Shown here piece after piece: positions 20,448 to 32,163 of a DNA stretch of 64,000 nucleotides. Source of the DNA: Candidatus Latescibacterota bacterium (GTDB lineage Bacteria; Latescibacterota; CBDEFO01); NCBI GenBank assembly GCA_965248755.1, contig OZ252149.1, forward strand, positions 4,032,001-4,096,000, in the 5' to 3' direction. The position numbers and the translations under genes are program-made. The notes under the pieces were generated by a model. It searched no databases and had not been told where the DNA came from. It saw only the letters and a list, made by a program, of their open reading frames with translations. How positions within the stretch are numbered: position 1 is the stretch's first letter; the number at the start of each line of letters is the position of its first letter.

Positions 20448-21419
20448 TCAACTGCGCCGTTGGGTCACGTATCTGACAGCTTCTTTAAGCGTATCCACAG
20501 CTTCCGATTCTTCAAAATATTCCAACCGGCTTACAGCCATCTGGACAAGCCTGCCGGCTTTTTCCCTGGCGTAGTCTATCCCGCCCTTGGCATTGACAAA
20601 ATCTATTAGGTCTTTCCAATCGTCAGATCCTTCAAGGCCGTTCTGGATCTTTTGCTTTATTTCATCAGCCTCTCCGTCCCTGCAATTGGACAACGCTCTG
20701 ATAAGGGGAAGCGTAACTTTGCCGTCTTTAATGTCGTGACCCACCGGTTTTCCCACGACGCTCGAATCTCCTGTAAAATCCAGAAGATCATCTGTTATCT
20801 GGTAGGCCAATCCCAGGTCCTCTCCGTACTTGGTCATAACCTCGATATTGTCAGGCGAAGCTCCGCCTAGGATAGCCCCGGACGTGGTGGCTGCGGACAG
20901 GAGCGAAGCGGTCTTATCACTTATGATCTGGAAATAGGTCTGCTCGCTCATGTCCAGTTCGAGTTTCTGCTCAATCTCCAGGATTTCGCCTCTGGAGATG
21001 CGTTCAGTAGCTGTGGATATGGCCCTGTTGACCGTGTTGGAACCTATGTCCACAAGAAGACATAATGCTTTTGAAAAGAGAAAGTCGCCCATAAGGACGG
21101 AGACCTGATTTTCCCAAATGGAGTTGACCGAACGACTGCCCCTTCTCATCTGAGAAGAGTCTATCACATCGTCGTGAGTGAGGGTCGCTGTGTGTATAAG
21201 TTCGACTACTACAGCCGCATCTACGACAGAAGCATTTATCTTTCCGGCGGCTTTGGCTGTCAGCAGGGTCAAAGCAGGACGGAACCTCTTGCCCCTGATC
21301 AATAGCAGGTATTGGGCTATCTGATGGACCAGATTGACTTCAGAACTGAGGGCGTCTTTGAGGCGCTCTTCAAAGAGTTCCATCTCAGCCCTTATGGGCT
21401 CAATTATTCTTTCCAGCAT
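20448..21419 (-). CDS. Polyprenyl diphosphate synthase
   Basis: GKRFRP, HDDVID..RRG, KTA, QITDDLLD. Confidence 0.92.
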   Translation of the reverse strand: MLERIIEPIRAEMELFEERLKDALSSEVNLVHQIAQYLLLIRGKRFRPALTLLTAKAAGKINASVVDAAVVVELIHTATLTHDDVIDSSQMRRGSRSVNSIWENQVSVLMGDFLFSKALCLLVDIGSNTVNRAISTATERISRGEILEIEQKLELDMSEQTYFQIISDKTASLLSAATTSGAILGGASPDNIEVMTKYGEDLGLAYQITDDLLDFTGDSSVVGKPVGHDIKDGKVTLPLIRALSNCRDGEADEIKQKIQNGLEGSDDWKDLIDFVNAKGGIDYAREKAGRLVQMAVSRLEYFEESEAVDTLKEAVRYVTQRRS

Positions 21420-21471
21420 ATACGTATAGTGTACGCCTTTAAATTAAAAGGATGAACAACGCAGGAATCAT

Positions 21472-21500
21472 AACTTAACAAAACATTCTCATCTTGTCAA
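21472..21500 (-). promoter_or_regulatory. Putative sigma70 promoter
   Basis: TTGACA-17-TAAGTT upstream of the polyprenyl synthase. Confidence 0.5.
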
Positions 21501-21554
21501 ATGAAATTCCTCCTGCAAGGTAAAGAAAATTCGGACTATCAATCGAAAACAGGA

Positions 21555-24500
21555 TTATCGAGTCTTGGGAGAGGTATCGAAAATTTCGTCGAATATCTCT
21601 CTGTTTAAGATCATGAACTCTTCGAGTCTCTTCAGGAAATTCTTGGAGCCTCTGAATCCTAGAGATCGGGAGAGCCTCAAGAGCCCCTCCTCGTCTTTAG
21701 GGAGGGTATTTCTGGATGTCTCGTCCACAATTCTTAAGGCTTTGAGGACGGAGCATATAAGAGAGTGGGATCGGATGAGGCGGTCAGCTTTATCTTTTGA
21801 TATGAGCCTGTGCTTTTGGAGGCTTCTAAGGATTTGAAGGGTCCTTGTGGATTTGAGATCGGGATAAGATCGGGCGTCTTTGATTTGAAGCACCTGGGCG
21901 ATGAACTCTATATCTGTGATACCGCCGATCCCAGATTTGATGTTTATGAGGTCTTTGTATTTGATGCGGGAGTTATCTTCCATTTTAAGGCGCATTTTTC
22001 GTGTGTTATCGAAGAAGTTTTGATCTGCACCGCCTTCAAAGAGGAAGGAGTCTATCTCTTTCTGGAGGACATCACAGAGTTTTGGATCTCCCGATACGCA
22101 TCTTGCTCTTGTAAGGGCGAGTCTTTCCCAGTCTGATGCTCTGTTCCTCAGGTATTTTCTGTGCGCGTCAAAGGATATTGCCAGGTTGGCATTTCTGCCC
22201 TCAGGCCTTAATCTGGCGTCAACTCTGTATATGTGGTTGTTCTGGAGTGTCCCGATTATGGCTTGGGACAGTTCGATGAAGAACTGTATATTCCCTGTTT
22301 TTCCCTTCCAGCCACTGGATGTGTAGCCTTCGTGCGAGTAGATAAAGAATAAATCGAGGTCCGAACCGAAGTTAAGTTCGTACCCCCCGAGTTTACCGAG
22401 GGCTAAAATAGCGAATTTGGACTCTTCTTTGTCTTCGGAAAGAGGGAGTCCGTATCTTTCGGCGAGCTTACCGAGGGAGAACCGGTAAACCTCTTCAAGG
22501 ATCGTCCCTGCAAGGAGGGACAGTTGCCCAAAAGTCTCCTCTGTGGAGGATAGTCCGAGTGTGTCTCTTGCTCCTATTCGGAGGATGTGGCGATCTTTGA
22601 ATGTGCAAAGACGGAGCAGAATGAGGTCTCTATCCTGGGCCTGGGATAGGAAGTGCGACAGGGAGGATTTGAAGTCCTCAAGCTCGTAGTTTCTATTTAT
22701 GACGTTGGGTAGAAGGAGCCAATCTAAGAGTCCGGGGTCTCTGGACAGGAGGTCACAAAGGAAGTTGCTCTTGGAGCAAAGGGATACAACGACGTCGAGG
22801 AATTTTTCGTCTTCAGAGAGAAGATGATATAGGGTGTTGGGCGCTCCGTAGGCTCTAATGATCTTTCCAAGACCTGTAAGAGTCGAATCTGGATCGGGGG
22901 ACGCTGAGAGTCTAGAGACGAGTTTAGGGGCAAGCTGGATAAAGCTCGTCTGAGCTTTAGAGTCCTGGAGTTTGGGGAAGTGCCCGAAGGCCAGGAGAAT
23001 CAGGTCTCTGTGAGCAGACCTTGTGTCGCTAAAACCGAGACTCCTGAGGAGTCTTAAGGATGTGGTGTCTCCTATCTGGGAGTTAAGGAGGTTCTGGATT
23101 CTTATATCTATATCCTCGTGGTTATCTTCGATGAATATCTCACCGTAGATAGCCTTCACGTTTTGAGTATGAATCTCCAGTTGACTATCTAACTGGTGGC
23201 TATCCTTCAAATCAAGACTGATGGCAAGGGCGCGCAATCGAAGGGGATCGTCGGGGAGTTCGTAGGAATCCACGTTGTGAAATAGTTGGAGCCTGTGCTC
23301 GACCCTTCTGAAGAAGATGTAGGCATCGTTCAACTTTTGGGCTTCGTCACTTTCCAGATAGCCGAAGCCAGAAAGGGATCCTATAGCTTTAAGCGTGTTG
23401 TTGCTGGAGAGTTGTGGTTTGTGAGAGCCCGTCAAAAGTTGGAGATATTGGACTATAAATTCGATATCCCTGATCCCACCGGAACGGAGCTTGAGATGGG
23501 AATCGGACTTTTCCCCTGTACCGATGGCAGCTTCAATTTTATCTTTAATATTTTTGATCTCTGCTACTGGTATGCGGGATGGGATCTCAGAATAGACGAA
23601 GGGGCGGACTATCTGCAGGAAGGCCTCAGCAAGCTCAGGGTCTCCGGCGCAATATCTGGCCTTAATGAGCATCTGGCGCTCCCAGGTGCGTCCTCTTGAA
23701 CTGTAGTAGTATCCGTAGCTGGAAAGAGATCTGGCAAAAGAGCCGGCACTGCCATCGGGGCGCAGCCTAGTGTCCACGCGGTAGAGGAATCCCTCGCGCG
23801 TGGAGTCTGATGCGGATTTTATGATCTGTTCGGAGAGTCTATTGAAAAATTCGTAGTTGCTTATGGATTTGACGGATGGAGATGGGGGCCTTGTCTCTCC
23901 TTCGTCAGAATAGACGAAGATGATGTCTATGTCAGAGCTGAAGTTGAGTTCTTCCCCTCCGAGCTTGCCGAGTCCGATAATGGCGAATGTTACACTTTTC
24001 CCATCGTTTTGGATGGGGTCTCCGTATCTTTGAATCATCTCTTCGTATGAGAGTTCGTAGAGGATCTGGAGGACTGCGTCGGCAAGGGCGGAAAGCTCTC
24101 TCCCTACCGATTGGATATCCGTTTTACCTATTATCTCTCCTGTTCCTACCCTCAAAAGTTCCCGTCTATATAGCCGCCGGAGGGACAGGAGCTTATGTTC
24201 TTTGTCCTTGAAGATAGATATTTCGGATGTTAATCCCCTAAAAAGTTGAGACCTGTTAGATCCCTCCGATATGCGCTCGGGGTCGTCTGTAAGCCAGTAG
24301 AAATATTGTGGGTTTCGGATGAGTATGTCCGATAGGAACTGTCCGGTTGCGAGTATGGAAGCCAGCTGAAAGGAGAGTTCGGGACGATTTTCCAAAAGGG
24401 AGTAAAACCCCGATCTGTCCAGGACAGCGGTCGAAAGCCTGGTAAGGTTATTCAGACACAGGTCCGGATCGGGAGAAAGCAAGATCTCCTCGATGAGGTT

Positions 24501-24650
24501 TGGAGGTAGCGATAAAGGGAAGGATGGAGTTCCGGTAAGTTCCCTGAGATTCCTCAGCGTTTTTTCCGTCTGTCTGAATCCAAGTTCGGCGAGGATCGCT
24601 TTCGCCTCTTGAGGGTGTCTCTTTAGGAGATTGTGATCTATCGGTCTCAT
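21555..24650 (-). CDS. glnE: Bifunctional glutamine synthetase adenylyltransferase/deadenylase
   Basis: Two nucleotidyltransferase domains: GKLGGEELNFSSDID and GKLGGYELNFGSDLD; RLRPDG and RLRPEG. Confidence 0.93.
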   Translation of the reverse strand: MRPIDHNLLKRHPQEAKAILAELGFRQTEKTLRNLRELTGTPSFPLSLPPNLIEEILLSPDPDLCLNNLTRLSTAVLDRSGFYSLLENRPELSFQLASILATGQFLSDILIRNPQYFYWLTDDPERISEGSNRSQLFRGLTSEISIFKDKEHKLLSLRRLYRRELLRVGTGEIIGKTDIQSVGRELSALADAVLQILYELSYEEMIQRYGDPIQNDGKSVTFAIIGLGKLGGEELNFSSDIDIIFVYSDEGETRPPSPSVKSISNYEFFNRLSEQIIKSASDSTREGFLYRVDTRLRPDGSAGSFARSLSSYGYYYSSRGRTWERQMLIKARYCAGDPELAEAFLQIVRPFVYSEIPSRIPVAEIKNIKDKIEAAIGTGEKSDSHLKLRSGGIRDIEFIVQYLQLLTGSHKPQLSSNNTLKAIGSLSGFGYLESDEAQKLNDAYIFFRRVEHRLQLFHNVDSYELPDDPLRLRALAISLDLKDSHQLDSQLEIHTQNVKAIYGEIFIEDNHEDIDIRIQNLLNSQIGDTTSLRLLRSLGFSDTRSAHRDLILLAFGHFPKLQDSKAQTSFIQLAPKLVSRLSASPDPDSTLTGLGKIIRAYGAPNTLYHLLSEDEKFLDVVVSLCSKSNFLCDLLSRDPGLLDWLLLPNVINRNYELEDFKSSLSHFLSQAQDRDLILLRLCTFKDRHILRIGARDTLGLSSTEETFGQLSLLAGTILEEVYRFSLGKLAERYGLPLSEDKEESKFAILALGKLGGYELNFGSDLDLFFIYSHEGYTSSGWKGKTGNIQFFIELSQAIIGTLQNNHIYRVDARLRPEGRNANLAISFDAHRKYLRNRASDWERLALTRARCVSGDPKLCDVLQKEIDSFLFEGGADQNFFDNTRKMRLKMEDNSRIKYKDLINIKSGIGGITDIEFIAQVLQIKDARSYPDLKSTRTLQILRSLQKHRLISKDKADRLIRSHSLICSVLKALRIVDETSRNTLPKDEEGLLRLSRSLGFRGSKNFLKRLEEFMILNREIFDEIFDTSPKTR

Positions 24651-24735
24651 TGTTGTCTATTGATCAGTGATAGGGAAAGAGGATTTCACTTTAAAGCGTA
24701 GTTATCTCCAATCCATACTATTTCCCTTTTGGAGA

Positions 24736-26280
24736 TCAGAGTGGGATGTTCCCGTGCTTTTTGGGGGGATTGGACTGGGATTTGTTTTTGAGCATACTCA
24801 GCGCTGATATTAGCTTTGGGCGGGTATCTTGAGGTTCTATAATATCGTCTATGTAGCCCAATTGGGCTGCTATATAGGGATTGGCGAATTTCGCGTTGTA
24901 TTCCTCTGTGAGCTTGGATCTGAGGGAATCGGTGTCGTCTGCACGAGCAAGTTCCCGCCTGTAGAGTATGTTGACCGCGCCCTGGGCGCCCATCACTGCC
25001 ATTTCGGCTGTGGGCCAGGCTACGTTGTAGTCCCCCCTGATGTGCTTGCTGGACATAACGTCGTAGGCACCGCCGTAGGCCTTTCTGGTTATGACAGTGA
25101 GTTTTGGAACGGTGGCTTCGCAGTAGGAGTACAGGAGCTTGGCCCCGTGTCTTATTATGCCTCCAAACTCCTGTTCTGTTCCGGGCAGAAAGCCGGGGAC
25201 GTCCTCAAATGTGATAAGCGGGATATTGAAGGCGTCACAAAAGCGTACAAAGCGAGCGGCTTTTGTGGAAGATCGTATGTCCAGGACTCCCGCCAGGACT
25301 CTGGGTTGGTTGCCGATGATTCCAACTGATCTTCCGCTGAGACGCGCAAAGCCTACAATTATATTTTTGGCAAAGTGGGAATGCACTTCGAAGAACTCTC
25401 CATCGTCAACAATCTTCTTTACGACCTGGATCATGTCGTAGGGCTTAGCAGGGTCAGAGGGAACTATACTGTTCAGTTCACCGTCTCTTCGGTCATAGGG
25501 ATCTGTTATCTTTAAAAGGGGAGGGTCTTCGAGGTTGTTCTGAGGTATATAGCTCAAAAGCTTGCGTATCTGAGAAAGGCATTCGTAGTCGTTCTGTGCG
25601 ATGAAGTGTGCCACACCACTTTTTGAGTTGTGAGTAAGAGCGCCTCCAAGTTCTTCGGCGGTTACCTCTTCGTTAGTGACGGATTTGATGACATCGGGGC
25701 CTGTGACGAACATGTAGCTTGTGCCTTCGACCATAAGTGTAAAGTCAGTGATGGCGGGGGAGTATACGGCCCCACCTGCGCAGGGGCCCATTATGGCGGA
25801 GATCTGGGGAATGACGCCTGAGGCCATTGTGTTTCTCAAGAAAATTTCTGCGTATCCCCCTAAGCTGGCTACACCCTCCTGGATTCGGGCGCCGCCTGAG
25901 TCGTTAAGTCCGATTATGGGGGCTCCATTTTCGAGGGCAAGGTCCATAAGTCTGCAGATCTTCTGAGCATTTGCCTCGCTTATTGTGCCTCCTAATACGG
26001 TGAAGTCATGGGCAAAGACGTAGACGAGGCGACCATCTATGTAGCCGTAACCGGCTACGACGCCGTCTCCAGGGTAGGTCCTTTTGTGCATGTCGAAGTC
26101 GGTGCAGCGATGGGTTACGAATACTCCGAGTTCTTCAAAGCTGCCCCTGTCCAAAAGGAGGTTGATCCTTTCTCTGGCTGTGAGTTTGCCGCGCTGGTGC
26201 ATCTTCTCTATAGCCTCAGAGCCACCGCCTTCTAACGCTTTCTCTCTGAGCTTATTCAGTTCTTGTGTTTTCTCGTTCAT
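24736..26280 (-). CDS. Acyl-CoA carboxylase carboxyltransferase (propionyl/methylmalonyl-CoA type)
   Basis: [38 protein letters not shown]. Confidence 0.93.
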   Translation of the reverse strand: MNEKTQELNKLREKALEGGGSEAIEKMHQRGKLTARERINLLLDRGSFEELGVFVTHRCTDFDMHKRTYPGDGVVAGYGYIDGRLVYVFAHDFTVLGGTISEANAQKICRLMDLALENGAPIIGLNDSGGARIQEGVASLGGYAEIFLRNTMASGVIPQISAIMGPCAGGAVYSPAITDFTLMVEGTSYMFVTGPDVIKSVTNEEVTAEELGGALTHNSKSGVAHFIAQNDYECLSQIRKLLSYIPQNNLEDPPLLKITDPYDRRDGELNSIVPSDPAKPYDMIQVVKKIVDDGEFFEVHSHFAKNIIVGFARLSGRSVGIIGNQPRVLAGVLDIRSSTKAARFVRFCDAFNIPLITFEDVPGFLPGTEQEFGGIIRHGAKLLYSYCEATVPKLTVITRKAYGGAYDVMSSKHIRGDYNVAWPTAEMAVMGAQGAVNILYRRELARADDTDSLRSKLTEEYNAKFANPYIAAQLGYIDDIIEPQDTRPKLISALSMLKNKSQSNPPKKHGNIPL

Positions 26281-26286
26281 AGAGCC

Positions 26287-26695
26287 TTAAGATCCTTGTG
26301 TGAGGACTTCCATCATGTTGAGCATAGCGCCCCATTGTCTGTCGTTCATCTTTTCTACAGTCTCAATGAGGATGGGAATGTCTTTGTCCTCCATCTGGTA
26401 GCTTTTGAGAAAAACTTTGCGCCATTTGCTATTCTTAAGCGCATTGCGCATGTCAGGTTCCTTGAGGGCTTCTAGTATCTGCGGATCGAGTATTTCTTTC
26501 TGGGAAAGTAAATATTCCACGATGGGATCGTTCATGATTCTATTAATCTGTTCGAAGAGCTTGCGGGCAGGCCCAGAAGATCTTTCCTTGTAAGCCAAAA
26601 GGAGGAGTTTTGTCTCGTCGAGATCCAGAACCTTAGCTAATTTAATACATATTTCGTCTGACGGTATCTTCTCATCTTTCTCGATCTGTCCTATG
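26287..26695 (-). pseudogene. XRE-type HTH regulator, 5'-truncated by IS3
   Basis: Frame open up to the IS edge: IGQIEKDEKIPSDEICIKLAKVLDL; no start codon for this domain. Confidence 0.7.
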
Positions 26696-27961
26696 CATAC
26701 CGCTCCCCTTGACAGAGCGACAAATATTTCGCAAATTGGGGTTTGAGAAGGGAGGTCAAGGTGTCGAGCCCCGAAGTGAAAGATGGTAAGCGCTGGACGG
26801 CGACCCGTAAGGGAGAGATTGTGTTGGCTCTTTTGAGAGGAGCAGATCTATCTGAGGTGTGTCGTAAGAATGGAATTAGCCAGTCGCAGGCGTATGCTTG
26901 GCGTGATAGTTTCTTAGAAGGGGGCCAGGAGAGTCTGAAGTCTCGGCGTGGTCGCAAGGATCCGAAGGAGCGAGAGGTTAGCCGGTTGGAGCGCAAGGTA
27001 GGGCAGTTGACGCTCCAGTTGGAGATACTCGAAGAGGTAGCCCGTCTAAAAAAAACGAAGCGGTTGCCTTGAGTGGGCGGTTTTTGGGTCGAGGCTATTC
27101 CCGCAAGGTGGTAGCTTTGGCTTTGGGTTTGCATCGTTCGACTCTGTATAGGTTTAGGGATAGAGGTGTCAGTTCTTCTGTTAAAGAGCCTGTGATAGAT
27201 GAGGAGCTTGCTTTTCGTATTCGAGGGATACTGGACCAAGAAGAGGCATTTGGTCACAGGCGGGTTTGGGCGCATCTTCGTTTCAAGGAAGGGGAATGTG
27301 TCAACGTTAAGAAGGTTCATAGGATAATGAAGCTTAAGGGGTGGCAGTGTAAGCTGTGGAATCGTCCCGGGAGAAAGGGGCCACAGGTTGCCCAGAAGCG
27401 TTCTGTGGTGGATAGTCCCGACAGTTTGTGGTCGAGTGACTTGACAAAGATTTACTGTGGAAAAGATGGTTGGTGTCCTCTTATTGCGGTGGTGGACAAC
27501 GGAAGCCGGGAGGTTCCTGGGTATCGTTTTAGTCGAAAAGGGAGGGCACTGGAGGCCACAGATGCCCTGGATCGGGCCGTGATCTCTCGATACACTTCCA
27601 AGGAGGCTGTCCCCCAGGGTCTCACTTTGCGCTCTGACAATGGTTCCATCTTTTTGGCTCGGGCCTATTTGGCCAGTACCGAATATTGGGGAATTCGTCA
27701 GGAATACATACCAAGTGGTAAACCCGATTGGAACGGTGTTGTAGAGCGTTTTTTCAGGACCCTCAAGCAAGAGTGTGTTTGGCTTCACAAGTTTGAATCC
27801 TTTGAACAGGCTGAGAAGATCATATCTCAGTGGATCGATAATTACAACAAGAACAGGCTTCATTCATCCCTGGGATATAAGACCCCAAAAGAGTGGAGAA
27901 AACAATTTTATCTACTACCCCAGGTTGCTTAATTGGTGTCGCTTTCCTGGGAAGCAGTACA
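26696..27961 (+). mobile_element. IS3-family element, variant B, intact
   Basis: Same orfA/orfB proteins as 4179-5444; no target duplication (TATG/ATAT). Confidence 0.97.
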
Positions 27962-29086
27962 ATATTTCTTGGGCAGAAAGAATTCTTTTACCGCCCGGTG
28001 AGCACTTCGATAAAGAACAAAAGGTAGTAATAAAATGTTTTGAAACCAAAGATATTCTTGCCTGCCCGGGTAGTGGTAAAACAAAGGCTTTGATTGCCAA
28101 GTTGTTGATTTTGTCCCGGCAAATGCCTCTTGAAAATAATAGGGGTATTTGCGTATTAACTCACACAAATGTGGCTATAAATGAAATAAAAAGCCACGCT
28201 TACTTTGCTTCTAAAAAGCTCTCTAATTACCCAAATCATTTTGGGACAATTCAAAGTTTCGTGGATAAATATCTTGCGATACCGACGTATATCAATCAGT
28301 TCAACCGAAGACCATTATTCATAAACAACGAAATTTATCTTGATAGGATGGAAAGAACGAGAAAATATTTAGGTAGAAAAACAAATGCATTTTGCTATCA
28401 GAGCGGTCATAAAGATTTGCCTTATTCACTTAGATTTGAAGATTTTTCCCTGGATGATAATGGTATATGTAAAAGACTTAAATTAGATTCAAATGATACA
28501 ACTCAAAGAGCACACTATGATAGATTGCTAAGACTAAAAGAACGGATACTTTTGGATGGAATACTAAGCTATGATGATGCATATTATATAGCAGAAAGAC
28601 ACATTGAAAAGCACCCTAATTTGAAAAACGTATTTGCAAAAAGATTTGCCTATGTTTTCATAGATGAAATGCAGGATTCAAGTACAATACAGTCCGAACT
28701 GATGAATAAAATATTCAATGATAATGTTGTTATTCAAAAAATAGGTGATTTAAATCAATCAATATTTGACTATGACCCTAACTTGGAATGCGGTTGGGCA
28801 GTAATTGACGACAGAACTATGTGTATTACAGGTAGTAAAAGATTTTCTAACGCTATAGCAAGCAAGGTTGAAAAACTTTGTGTTTTCCGGCAGACAATAA
28901 CGGGAAATGGCAGGCAAAATGAAATTACTCCTGTTATCATTGTTTATGATGATTATACTATTCAGCAGGTATTAGATAAATTCGGTGAAATAATTATCAG
29001 AAATAATCTACATCAGAATGAGAAAAGGGTATTTAAAGCAGTTGGATGGCGTGGAAAACCGCATGACACAAAAAGAACTATACCAA

Positions 29087-29272
29087 CCCGGATTTACCCG
29101 GCCAGGAGTAGGACAAAAATGCCTGCATCACCTCTGACGATACCCCCTTAACCCTTCCACCTAACTCCTGATTGTATTTCTCAATAAAGTAATCGACAAG
29201 GAAAAAGGGAAGGTCCTCGATATGCTCGCGTAGCGGCGGCAGGACGATAGGAACGACGTTAAGGCATAAGAA
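29087..29272 (-). pseudogene. Fragment of a sigma-54-dependent (NtrC-type) activator gene
   Basis: Translates LNVVPIVLPPLREHIEDLPFFLVDYFIEKYNQELGGRVKGVSSEVMQAFLSYSWPG. Confidence 0.8.
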
Positions 29273-29472
29273 CCGACATTCCCCATATCACATTCATGAG
29301 GGATTATATTTCGATACATTCTTGTTTCTGAATTAATATTACCACTTTTACATTTTTCAACAAGTACTTTTTTCAATTAAAATAGTATTTTCCTCTGAAT
29401 TATCACTTTCTTTGTGTTTAAATCCTCCAATTAGAGACACCTCTCCATCGACTCACAAAAAAATGTGGCAGT

Positions 29473-30870
29473 TTAAACAGAATAACATCGCAATCGTTCA
29501 ATCCGGGATAATATTTCGGCAAATAACCTCTTGTCTATCCCAACCTCAGCCATTTGAAACGTAATATATCCGCTGTGTCTGACAATCTTCGCTCCGATTT
29601 TGATAAATTTCACGAGGAGGCTGCGTAGTGACCAGTGTTTGATTTTCTTCGGAAGAACAAAACGTCGCAGGAAGTTGCCCAAGTTGTAAGCCAGAACAAA
29701 CAGCCAGAGCCTCACCTGATTGGAGACGAAACGCTTGCATGAGAGTCGGGTCCAGTTCAGAGCATACTTGCCCTCCTTAATCCACTGCTCAGCTCTGCCA
29801 CGGCCATTGTAGAAGTGTACCACGCCTTCTGGCTTGGCGCTCATGTTGGTCACGATAAATCCCACTCTTGGGAATAACTCCCCTTGGTGCCATTCAACCT
29901 TGGCGACCACTCGCCTCGATTGATCCCAACTGGCCGCTTTATATTGAAATTCATATAACGATACAATCGGTTTCCTCGGCGGTCGTCCAACTGGCCGAGT
30001 CAGCAGGTATCGTATCTTTTCATAGAGTATCTCATTTGCGGGAAGCCGAATGGCATACAAATAGCCGTTTCCCTCCAGATAATCATAAATCTCAGGCTTT
30101 GCGAATGCAGCATCGCCTCGAAAGTATTTCCTATTCTTCTTGCTCTCGTATCTCTTGACGATCGGTTCCAGAACTTCCTTCCAACGATCAGCACTGTGAA
30201 CATTACCAGAGCGAAGTAGGACTCCTTCACAATCCCCGAACTGATTGAAGCAGAACACTGGATGAAAACAGGTACATCCGAAATGACCGTTGTAAGCTGA
30301 TCCTTCCTGCTGGCCATGTACCGGACTCTCCGAACTGTCCATGTCCAGAATGATTCGTTGATGCTGTGTTTTACTCATCGCTTTTTGAACCCACTTGCCA
30401 TTGATATCTGACAAGTTTCTGAGATTGTCATGCTGAGTCAGTATATCAGTTTCAAAACGTCCTATCGTGTTGGAGCTGGCAGCTTGCCTGCCTTTGTCCT
30501 TCTTTCCGGTAATCGCTCGCATGACGGGATCAACGGATAATCGCTCGGCGTCATTTACATCTTCATATCCTGCAAGACGGCTGTATATCGATTGACGCAG
30601 GAGAGTAGATATATCATGTTGGATATTACGGCCTGTGCGTTTATCGGTAAAAACCGCTGATACCGAATCAAATAATCCCAGTGCGTAATCAAGGTCACGA
30701 TACGCAAGAAGTCCACCGTTTGATGTCACCTTTGCACCATGAAATTCAAGCTTTATTCCTCCATCAAAACCTACTTTGATTCTTTCACCCTCTGGATGAT
30801 CAATATTTATCCGCCATTTATGAGTCTTATTTATTGTAATATAACATGTTCTGGCGACTTTGACAACCAT
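29473..30870 (-). CDS. IS1380 transposase (DDE_Tnp_1_4 type)
   Basis: TSNGGLL, LAGYEDVND, LDMDSS, RGDAAF, YNGRGRAEQWIKEGK; start uncertain. Confidence 0.9.
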   Translation of the reverse strand: MVVKVARTCYITINKTHKWRINIDHPEGERIKVGFDGGIKLEFHGAKVTSNGGLLAYRDLDYALGLFDSVSAVFTDKRTGRNIQHDISTLLRQSIYSRLAGYEDVNDAERLSVDPVMRAITGKKDKGRQAASSNTIGRFETDILTQHDNLRNLSDINGKWVQKAMSKTQHQRIILDMDSSESPVHGQQEGSAYNGHFGCTCFHPVFCFNQFGDCEGVLLRSGNVHSADRWKEVLEPIVKRYESKKNRKYFRGDAAFAKPEIYDYLEGNGYLYAIRLPANEILYEKIRYLLTRPVGRPPRKPIVSLYEFQYKAASWDQSRRVVAKVEWHQGELFPRVGFIVTNMSAKPEGVVHFYNGRGRAEQWIKEGKYALNWTRLSCKRFVSNQVRLWLFVLAYNLGNFLRRFVLPKKIKHWSLRSLLVKFIKIGAKIVRHSGYITFQMAEVGIDKRLFAEILSRIERLRCYSV

Positions 30871-31735
30871 TTTTCGGGTCTAATATGGCGAATGGGGGAC
30901 CAAGTTATTGGGACGGCTACTCCAAAGAAATAAAAGTTAAAAAAACTGAATTTAGTAATCTAAAAAGTTATTTAGCTCCACAATCTGATAGTTTTATTTC
31001 ATCTAATGGAGTTAATTTTTACAAGAAGAGGTTAGGGGAAGCTTTCTTAAAGTGCTTAAGAATTGCAGGAGTAACTGACGATGGAAGGGCATTCACAGAG
31101 AAAAAACTGCATAAATATATATCAGAAAAAAACTCGGATTTTTACCAGGATTTTAGGGTAAGGCTCGCCAATTGGTGTTTGAAGATACACAGGCAAGAAG
31201 AAGTTTTTGAAGAAATAAAACATTATCTAACCAATGAATTTAAGGAGTTTTTTAATTATCAGGTGAATGTTGAACTTACAATCTTTATAAATTCATCAGA
31301 TTTGGAAGCGGATGATGAAGAAACCCATTCGAGCAATAACATCTACAAATATTCTTCTGGAACAACTGATATCGACATAGAAGTTTCAACTATTCATGGT
31401 GTCAAAGGCGAAACCCATACGGCAACATGTTACCTTGAAACTTTCTTTTATGACTATGACATTAAGCGAATAATAAATTATATAAAGGGAGAGCATACTA
31501 AGCCAAAAGAAAGAGTAATTCAAAATCTAAAAATGGCTTTTGTAGGGATGTCACGTCCATCTCGTCTCCTTTGCATTGCGGTTCATAAGGATAGTATTAC
31601 CGGACAAGAAGAAGCACTGCAGAGAAGTGGTTGGGATGTTAATAAGGAATTGTTAGCAGGTAGTAATAACTGAAACAAGAAGGCTATTTATAATCGAAGA
31701 TAGGTGCGATAATCGAAGATGGGTGGTTGCCATAT

Positions 31736-32155
31736 CATACCGTTCCCCTTCACAGAACGACAGATATTCTGTAAATCGGGGTTCGCGAAGGGCAAGATGT
31801 CAGCGCCAGAGCAGAAGACGGCTAGCGCTGGACAACGGTTCGATCTTTCTTTCTAGATCCTATTTGGTAAGTACCGAATATTAGGGGTTTGTCAAGAATA
31901 TGTTCCGAGCGGAAAGGCCGATTGGAACGGTGTTGTAGAGCGTTTTTTCAGGACCCTCAAGCAAGAGTGTGTTTGACTTCACAGCTTCGAATCCTTTGAG
32001 CAAGCTGAGAAGATCATATCTCAGTGGATCGATAATTACGACAAGAACCGTCTTCATTCATCCCTGGGATACAAGACCCTGCAAGAATGGAGAAAACAAT
32101 AATATCTGCTACCCCAAGTTGCTTAATCGGTGTCGCTTTCCAGGGGGGCAGTACA
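31736..32155 (+). mobile_element. Internally deleted, diverged IS3 derivative (420 bp)
   Basis: Both ends present (CATACCGTTCCCC...GGGGGGCAGTACA); start of orfA joined to end of orfB. Confidence 0.88.
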
Positions 32156-32163
32156 GTCTTGTT

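Larger units (their letters stand above)
29087..30898 (-). mobile_element. IS1380-family element with 186 bp of captured DNA
   Basis: ACCAA target duplication (29082-29086, 30899-30903); IRL CCCCCATTCGCCATAT; matching internal IRR CCGACATTCCCCATAT at 29273. Confidence 0.9.
27962..31673 (+). pseudogene. UvrD/GajB-like helicase, copy 1; N-truncated and split by IS1380
   Basis: ACPGSGKT, FIDEMQD, IGDLNQSI, TIHGVKGETH, FVGMSRP; interrupted at 29087-30898. Confidence 0.85.

Noticed and set aside
31690..31727. Short tandem duplication ATAATCGAAGATRGGTG
   Set aside because: Only two units; consistent with local slippage
31732..31735. ATAT left of the deleted IS matches ATAT right of the IS at 27962, suggesting an integrated circle
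   Set aside because: A 4-bp AT-rich match among many comparisons; the two IS copies are quite diverged and nothing else supports it
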